A DNA stretch of 41,469 nt. Origin: Octopus bimaculoides (Eukaryota). Positions 39,301-41,469 of this stretch are shown here, one piece after another; the stretch's first letter is position 1; each line of letters begins with the position of its first letter. A program made the position numbers and the translations under genes. The notes under the pieces are model-generated. The model was not told the origin of the DNA. It ran no database searches and saw nothing but the letters and a program-made list of their open reading frames with translations. The stretch covers positions 184,078,955 through 184,120,423 of the forward strand of contig NC_068981.1 of the NCBI RefSeq assembly GCF_001194135.2, given 5' to 3'.

Positions 39301-40276
39301 CCAGCTGTAGAAACTCTGCCAAATTAGACTGGAGCCTGGTGTTGCCATCCGGTTTCACCAGTCCTCAGTCAAATCGTCCAACCCATGCTAGCATGGAAAG
39401 CGGACGTTAAACGATGATGATGATGATGATGATACTAGTCTATTTATCACATACAGTAATATTTACTAGTTAGACTGGTCTATGTCATACCATACAGTAA
39501 CAGTAGTTAGACTACCCTATATGCCACATCATACAGTAATGTTTAGAATGGACTATATACTTTTTAATTAAACTGGCCTCTGGCATAACATGCAATAATA
39601 CTTACTAGTTAGACTGGTCTATATGCCACACTGATATCATGAGACGTTTACTGATGTCATCTTGCAACAATTCACTGAAAATAGAAAACATTATTTTATG
39701 AGAAAAAGTGTGGAAGCATTACAATCATAATTATACATGTAAAAAATATTCACCAAAGGAGAATCAGAATTAATGATTTGGATTTCTTTGACCTGTTTCT
39801 ATGAAAACAGTTATAAAAAATATTGATGATATGAGAAGCCCACACTGTTATATCATCAAACATCAAAGAGGTGCCAAATCTATAAATTCGTACAATGAAG
39901 ATATTTTACGTTTTTGGAATGCCAACATGGATATATAAATGATAGTTGGTGGTGTTTATGGTGCTGCATGGTATTATGCTCTGATACATGCAAACCAGAG
40001 AGTGAGTGGTTTCAAAAGCAGTAAGACATGCTGTAGCAGACTTACCACCAGAAACATTCTCAAGAAAGGAACTGAGCACTATAGGAAATATTTTCCTGAC
40101 TCATAGACAATTGAGTGCACAAGAGGCAGCATTTAAAATGTGTGGTTTACCTCTTAGAGGTTCTTCAAAATGGTCTGCCTTTATCAATACATGTCTAGAA
40201 TATGAAAGAAGTTCACTTGTCATTCCAAAAGCTCAACATTTTGATGAGTGAAGACATTTTGTTCAAATGTTCTCAT

Positions 40277-40311
<35 letters not shown>

Positions 40312-40639
40312 CTTCAGACAATAGCCATGATCAAATTCTGCAGCATATTTGTTACATTTCACAAACATTACAACTCTCAGTTTGTATGTTTTTTTTTTAT
40401 TTGATGTGGTTTCATATAACATACACAAATATTACACTACAACATAAACTTACATTAACAATCTACATGGCCAATTACACACCATACAACTCGTGGTTTA
40501 AAATGCTTTACTAAAGACAACAACTGTAGACAGAAATTACTTACAATGATATTTTGTCATCATAGACAGGGTTATTGGAGTCAACTACCATTTTGGTAGA
40601 ATATCTTGTCCGTTTTTGTTCATCAGGAATTAGTGATAT
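7418..40639 (-). CDS. PsGEF: C2-PDZ-DH(RhoGEF)-PH multidomain gene, 5'-partial, 17 coding exons, 2235 nt (744 aa + stop); PsGEF-like / RGS3 N-terminus-like
   Basis: All 17 exons join in frame with GT-AG sites. The domain order matches Drosophila Protostome-specific GEF. The symbol rests on architecture only; orthology was not computed. Confidence 0.85.
7744..8051 (+). mobile_element. SINE family 1 copy, (GAT)n tail
   Basis: Same core and tail as the copy at 10-313. Confidence 0.85.
8433..8600 (+). mobile_element. 5'-truncated 3' end of an RLE-type (R4/Dong-like) non-LTR retrotransposon inside (AAT)n
   Basis: Near-identical to 15829-15960 and flanked by AAT repeats on both sides. Confidence 0.7.
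8638..8764 (-). CDS. GEF exon 16, PH (LQLMLFSDLLLQTEKSADDRLTVVESPLMLYSLQGIESQRKH)
   Basis: Acceptor gtcttgcAG (alternative CAG 6 nt downstream), donor GTGAGT, phase 0 to 1. LFSDLLL motif. Confidence 0.92.
8900..9035. mobile_element. piggyBac-like MITE, 136 bp
   Basis: TTAA at 8896-8899 and 9036-9039; perfect 10-bp TIR CCCTTTGAGC/GCTCAAAGGG. Confidence 0.8.
9304..9512 (+). mobile_element. SINE family 1 copy
   Basis: Family 1 core plus (GAT)n tail. Confidence 0.85.
9661..9741 (-). CDS. GEF exon 15, PH start (YFQLCQEERHLIYSGEIFRWDGDVWNK)
   Basis: Acceptor ctttgtAG, donor GTGAGT, phase 0 to 0. R.LI..GE PH entry motif. Confidence 0.9.
9773..9985. mobile_element. piggyBac-like MITE, 213 bp
   Basis: TTAA at 9769-9772 and 9986-9989; TIR ctctttagcatt / aatgctaaaggg (11 of 12 complementary). 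Confidence 0.78.
10340..10502 (+). mobile_element. SINE family 1, diverged copy
   Basis: Degenerate core plus (GAT)n tail. Confidence 0.7.
10526..10915 (-). mobile_element. SINE family 1, long copy with extra 5' sequence also seen at about 8200-8320
   Basis: (CAT)n tail on the + strand followed by the reverse complement of the core. Confidence 0.8.
11150..11450 (+). mobile_element. SINE family 1 copy, ending about 28 nt from the exon 14 donor
   Basis: Family 1 core plus (GAT)n tail. Confidence 0.87.
11479..11903 (-). CDS. GEF exon 14, DH end, Ser-rich segment and DH-PH junction (LQLCATYITNY...SSSSSSS...IQKKLYFPNTVP)
   Basis: Acceptor ctgttttAG at 11904-11905, donor GTAAGT, phase 1 to 0. 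141 open codons. Confidence 0.88.
12127..12220 (-). CDS. GEF exon 13, DH (HIKEMYQTLREIFCNTPQEDSDYLNLKLVVE)
   Basis: Acceptor atattgcAG, donor GTAAGT, phase 0 to 1. L..I...TP....DY..L motif. Confidence 0.92.
12279..12560 (-). mobile_element. tRNA-headed repeat (family 4), copy A, with a hammerhead motif in its 3' part
   Basis: Minus strand reads GGCATATGGCATAGTGGTTAAGAGCGCGGGCTACTAACC..GAGTTTGATTCC (A/B-box-like), then a trinucleotide linker, then the CTGATGA..GAAAC module. Confidence 0.8.
12327..12372 (-). ncRNA. Putative minimal type I hammerhead ribozyme, copy A
   Basis: GACAC-CUGAUGA-A-GACUG[GAGGGUAUAU]CAGCC-GAAA-CG-UU-GUGUU. Helix I GACAC/GUGUU; helix II has one A-C mismatch; palindromic AACGUU replaces helix III. 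Confidence 0.6.
13567..13609 (+). ncRNA. Putative minimal hammerhead ribozyme, copy B, disrupted in the helix I 3' strand
   Basis: GACAC-CUGAUGA(13572-78)-A-GGCUG/CAGCC perfect helix II-GAAA(13600-03)-UG-UU-GU, then the insertion. Confidence 0.55.
13610..13959 (-). mobile_element. SINE family 1 copy nested in family 4 copy B
   Basis: (CAT)n tail and reverse-complement core. Confidence 0.87.
14323..14382 (-). CDS. GEF exon 12, DH CR3 (ECISAVKQTSISAFITRPSQ)
   Basis: Acceptor tttttctAG, donor GTATTT, phase 0 to 0. SISAFITRPSQ-H aligns with the DH LxSFLxKPxQR motif. Confidence 0.87.
14391..14578. repeat. Compound (AAT)/(AGT)/(AAC) microsatellite abutting the exon 12 acceptor
   Basis: Directly visible. 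Confidence 0.95.
14580..14989 (-). mobile_element. Two adjacent copies of tRNA-derived SINE family 2
   Basis: Reverse complement of gagttcaaattccgccgaggtcgactttgcctttcatcctttcggggtc..aagtaccag, present twice. Confidence 0.75.
14990..15715. other. Assembly gap (726 N)
   Basis: N run. Confidence 1.
15716..15985 (+). mobile_element. 3' end of an RLE-type (R4/Dong-like) non-LTR retrotransposon: ORF C-terminus, 3' UTR and (AAT)n tail
   Basis: AGAFDMIKKYSDKYITKTPGLTSIYNIQKIALLGTAHILRKTLSIQ* matches the QKxALLGTAxILRxxL C-terminus typical of restriction-like-endonuclease LINEs. The 5' part runs into the N-gap. Confidence 0.75.
16449..16556 (-). CDS. GEF exon 11, DH (LQMICQAYKVYAQGLSQANTVLKDLQNNANFKMFLK)
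   Basis: Acceptor aatttctAG (alternative CAG 6 nt downstream), donor GTAAGT, phase 0 to 0. YxxYxxGxxxA...L...F..FL DH pattern. Confidence 0.92.
16891..17293 (-). mobile_element. tRNA-derived SINE family 3, near full length
   Basis: Minus-strand head ggctgtgtggtaag..gggttcagtcc (A/B-box-like), central (TA)n; closely similar to 37584-37958. Confidence 0.82.
17902..18065. repeat. 36-bp minisatellite (about 4 units) with an inverted unit at its 5' side, within an RTE-like 3' end
   Basis: Unit GTGGTGGAGGTGTCTGAGGACTACCCCAAGGACCCA; 17902-17926 is its reverse complement. Confidence 0.9.
18540..18755 (+). mobile_element. SINE family 2 copy
   Basis: gagctggcagaatcg..gagttcaaattcc..gtcgactttgcc core. 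Confidence 0.8.
19345..19520. repeat. Compound (CAC)n(CAA)n(CAG)8 microsatellite next to the exon 10 donor
   Basis: Directly visible. Confidence 0.95.
19528..19662 (-). CDS. GEF exon 10, DH (LVTLSEYLLKQLQ...IIHNVGLIYKSK)
   Basis: Acceptor gactttcAG, donor GTAAGA, phase 0 to 0. Continues NIEK-LVTLSE. Confidence 0.9.
20210..20815 (+). mobile_element. Cluster of three SINE family 2 copies
   Basis: The gttctgagttcaaatt core recurs near 20280, 20468 and 20730. Confidence 0.75.
21935..22108 (-). CDS. GEF exon 9, DH start (LTKPDTSESRAAAIQQLVDLEREYIDFMHGGIEQYSRPLRHCIISQKQHTELFQNIEK)
   Basis: Acceptor gtgttgcAG, donor GTCAGT, phase 0 to 0. DH CR1 ExxY and LFQNIE motifs. Confidence 0.93.
23895..24120 (-). 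mobile_element. SINE family 2 copy spanning the 10-N gap
   Basis: Reverse-complement family 2 core. Confidence 0.78.
25717..25830 (+). mobile_element. Family 4 copy C, 3' module only, with a degenerate hammerhead
   Basis: CTGATGAAGGCTGGAGAGTAAATCAGCCAAAATGTTGTGGTAACAACAAACAAGATGAGGAC; GAAA has become AAAA. Confidence 0.7.
26450..26710 (+). mobile_element. RTE-like LINE 3' remnant
   Basis: RILQADPTDKKPGGRLRMKWVNDTL resembles the RTE C-terminal R..GRP..RW.D motif. The tail is shared with 17500-17600 and 18045-18115. Confidence 0.55.
27283..27485 (-). mobile_element. SINE family 1 copy
   Basis: (CAT)n tail plus reverse-complement core. Confidence 0.8.
28656..28917 (-). CDS. GEF exon 8, PDZ end plus acidic linker (NSKYKVTLDIQRP...TTSTPFPGKLDRKIFH)
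   Basis: Acceptor tgttttcAG, donor GTAAGA, phase 2 to 0. Open frame seen in the ORF track. Confidence 0.85.
30577..30682 (-). CDS. GEF exon 7, PDZ core (SPAAEACLKINDRIAKVNGKNVSRSIAVSVAKLV)
   Basis: Acceptor aaattgcAG, donor GTAAGT, phase 1 to 2. SPA..L..ND.I..VNG PDZ motif. Confidence 0.92.
30860..31350 (-). mobile_element. Decayed RTE-like LINE, post-RT coding remnant
   Basis: LCRKTKVQVFRSLVHPVLFYIYKTWTL resembles the K..VY.SLV.xVLLYG.ETWTL motif; stops and frameshifts follow downstream. Confidence 0.65.
31484..31695 (-). mobile_element. SINE family 1 copy
   Basis: (CAT)n tail plus reverse-complement core. Confidence 0.85.
32635..33245. other. Assembly gap (611 N)
   Basis: N run. Confidence 1.
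33475..33556 (-). CDS. GEF exon 6, PDZ start (ISVDRGKCGYGFSVVDGCPVRVSRVDA)
   Basis: Acceptor tttctgtAG, donor GTAGGA, phase 0 to 1. GYGF carboxylate-binding loop. Confidence 0.92.
33815..34043 (-). mobile_element. Internally deleted mariner element (229 bp)
   Basis: TIRs of about 30 bp (ttgggttgtccggaaagttttgtgccgattt / aaatcggcacgaactttccgaacaactgaa), TA TSDs at 33813-14 and 34044-45, and the transposase C-terminus FWEEGIFKLKERWRRIVQQNGSYLVD*. Confidence 0.88.
35297..35352 (-). CDS. GEF exon 5, C2-PDZ linker (LHGIPLINKDLWGMESLI)
   Basis: Acceptor tttgtttAG, donor GTAAGT, phase 1 to 0, which is exactly what is needed to bridge exons 4 and 6. Confidence 0.82.
35863..35959 (-). CDS. GEF exon 4, C2 end (CVDGWYHLLNEKVGRNKHLLVAGKLTPDLQMR)
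   Basis: Acceptor ttttttcAG, donor GTTTGT, phase 0 to 1. C2 terminal GWYxL motif. Confidence 0.88.
36060..36292 (-). mobile_element. tRNA-derived SINE (further family)
   Basis: Minus-strand head gtggaggcatgtggcttagtggttagggtg..gtttcaattc; related fragments near 4820 and 21700-21840. Confidence 0.6.
37440..37500 (-). CDS. GEF exon 3, C2 (VKDHLGSMSFGVLHLMKPNR)
   Basis: Acceptor cttttacAG, donor GTGAGT, phase 2 to 0. LGxMSFG motif. Confidence 0.9.
37584..37958 (-). mobile_element. SINE family 3, near full length
   Basis: Closely similar to 16891-17293. Confidence 0.82.
38865..39036 (+). mobile_element. SINE family 1 copy
   Basis: Family 1 core plus (GAT)n tail. Confidence 0.8.
39045..39631. 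repeat. Degenerate ~42-bp minisatellite (about 11-12 units) derived from the exon 2 3' end and donor site
   Basis: 39165-39184 is identical to exon 39611-39630, and 39463-39483 is identical to junction 39602-39622. Confidence 0.88.
39265..39432 (+). mobile_element. 5'-truncated SINE family 1 copy inserted into the minisatellite
   Basis: Family 1 core plus tail; the hexamer atacta on both sides is a possible TSD. Confidence 0.88.
39606..39674 (-). CDS. GEF exon 2, C2 (ELLQDDISKRLMISVWHIDQSN)
   Basis: Acceptor ctattttcAG, donor GTAAGT, phase 2 to 2. C2 strand RLxISVW. Confidence 0.9.
39858..40251 (+). mobile_element. Decayed Helitron-type Rep coding remnant
   Basis: INSYNEDILRFWNANMDI*...YGAAWY, TCKPE and IGNIFLTHRQLSAQEAAFKMCGLPLRGSS..FINT resemble Helitron/Helentron Rep motifs; contains a stop and frameshifts. 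Confidence 0.75.
40545..40639 (-). CDS. GEF exon 1 in window, C2 domain (ISLIPDEQKRTRYSTKMVVDSNNPVYDDKIS)
   Basis: Acceptor attttatAG, donor GTAAGT, phase 0 to 2. C2 motif T+xxxxxNPxYD. Confidence 0.9.
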
Positions 40640-41387
40640 CTATAAAATAACATAAAAACATAACCTGAAAAGAACTCATTCCTCGTAGAGAAATTATTCT
40701 GTATCCATTAGTATCTTCAGAAATAAATAAAACTAGATTGGATGAATGACAAGCCAACAAGAGAGTCACTACATAGTTGTTGTACCTGCTAGAAATAGCA
40801 GCTAAATATTCCTCAGACATTACTGTAAAGCAGTGGTTTAAAGCCTGGGCAGTATTGGGCACAAAGAAGCAGCAAATGTCAAGAAGGCCATATAGGAGTA
40901 GAGGACACTGGGTGTTCAAAGAATCCATGCCTTTTCTTAGAAAGTATTTAGCTCTTTCAAGCTGAGTGGTACATATAAAGTAGCACTCATTTGTATCAGT
41001 TTAATCACTGCTCCATTCTATTAATACCTAGTTTGTGATAAGTAAAACCTCTTCTCGAATTCCTAGTTTCTGATTTCCTATCAGTGATATCTCTATCCAA
41101 TACCTCTCAACAGTGTACATCAGTGTCACCTCTCATGTAGCTGGCCATCCATTTTAATTCATGTAGCAACTAACACTTCCGTGCATTCTCTTTGCCCTTC
41201 TCTCTATAACTCCAGCGGAACTGCTAACTCACCCAAACCTCCAACACTCATCTTGATAAGATCTGCACTAAAGTTAAAAAGGAAACTTATTTGAGCAGAA
41301 CTTTCCCTTAACACTACTTACACAATAACTACTCTCCCTTTCCCTCTGTATTTAGAAATCAGTGAGAGACAGAGACAGAGAGAAACT

Positions 41388-41422
<35 letters not shown>

Positions 41423-41469
41423 GTTATATATATATATATATATAATGTATGTATGTAAATATATGTATG

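Noticed and set aside
39045-39631. CRISPR-like repeat array
   Set aside because: Eukaryotic intron, head-to-tail degenerate units without unique spacers, and no cas genes.
40668-40730. Candidate upstream exon EDTNGYRIISLRGMSSFQ
   Set aside because: The implied intron would be under 30 nt, and the peptide lacks the expected C2 YVK strand.

Overview
This is AT-rich, repeat-dense eukaryotic DNA with three N-gaps (14990-15715, 23933-23942, 32635-33245). The SINE families and microsatellite load point to a cephalopod, probably Octopus (inference from recall, not a search). Two spliced genes converge tail-to-tail. (1) On the + strand lie the last two coding exons of an RGS-domain gene (930-1096, 1361-1525, stop TAG). 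(2) On the - strand, 17 coding exons (40639 down to 7418) were assembled by hand with GT-AG sites and consistent phases. They give 744 aa plus stop of a C2-PDZ-DH(RhoGEF)-PH protein (PsGEF-like, RGS3 N-terminus-like), whose 5' end lies beyond the window. The introns hold many SINEs, MITEs (hAT, piggyBac-like, mariner) and remnants of RTE-like, R4/Dong-like and Helitron elements. The most notable observations are a tRNA-headed repeat carrying a minimal Penelope-type hammerhead ribozyme motif (3 copies), a ~42-bp minisatellite amplified from an exon/5' splice-site junction, and the split, convergent arrangement of domains that are fused in vertebrate RGS3. Repeat boundaries are approximate; exon boundaries were indexed by hand.
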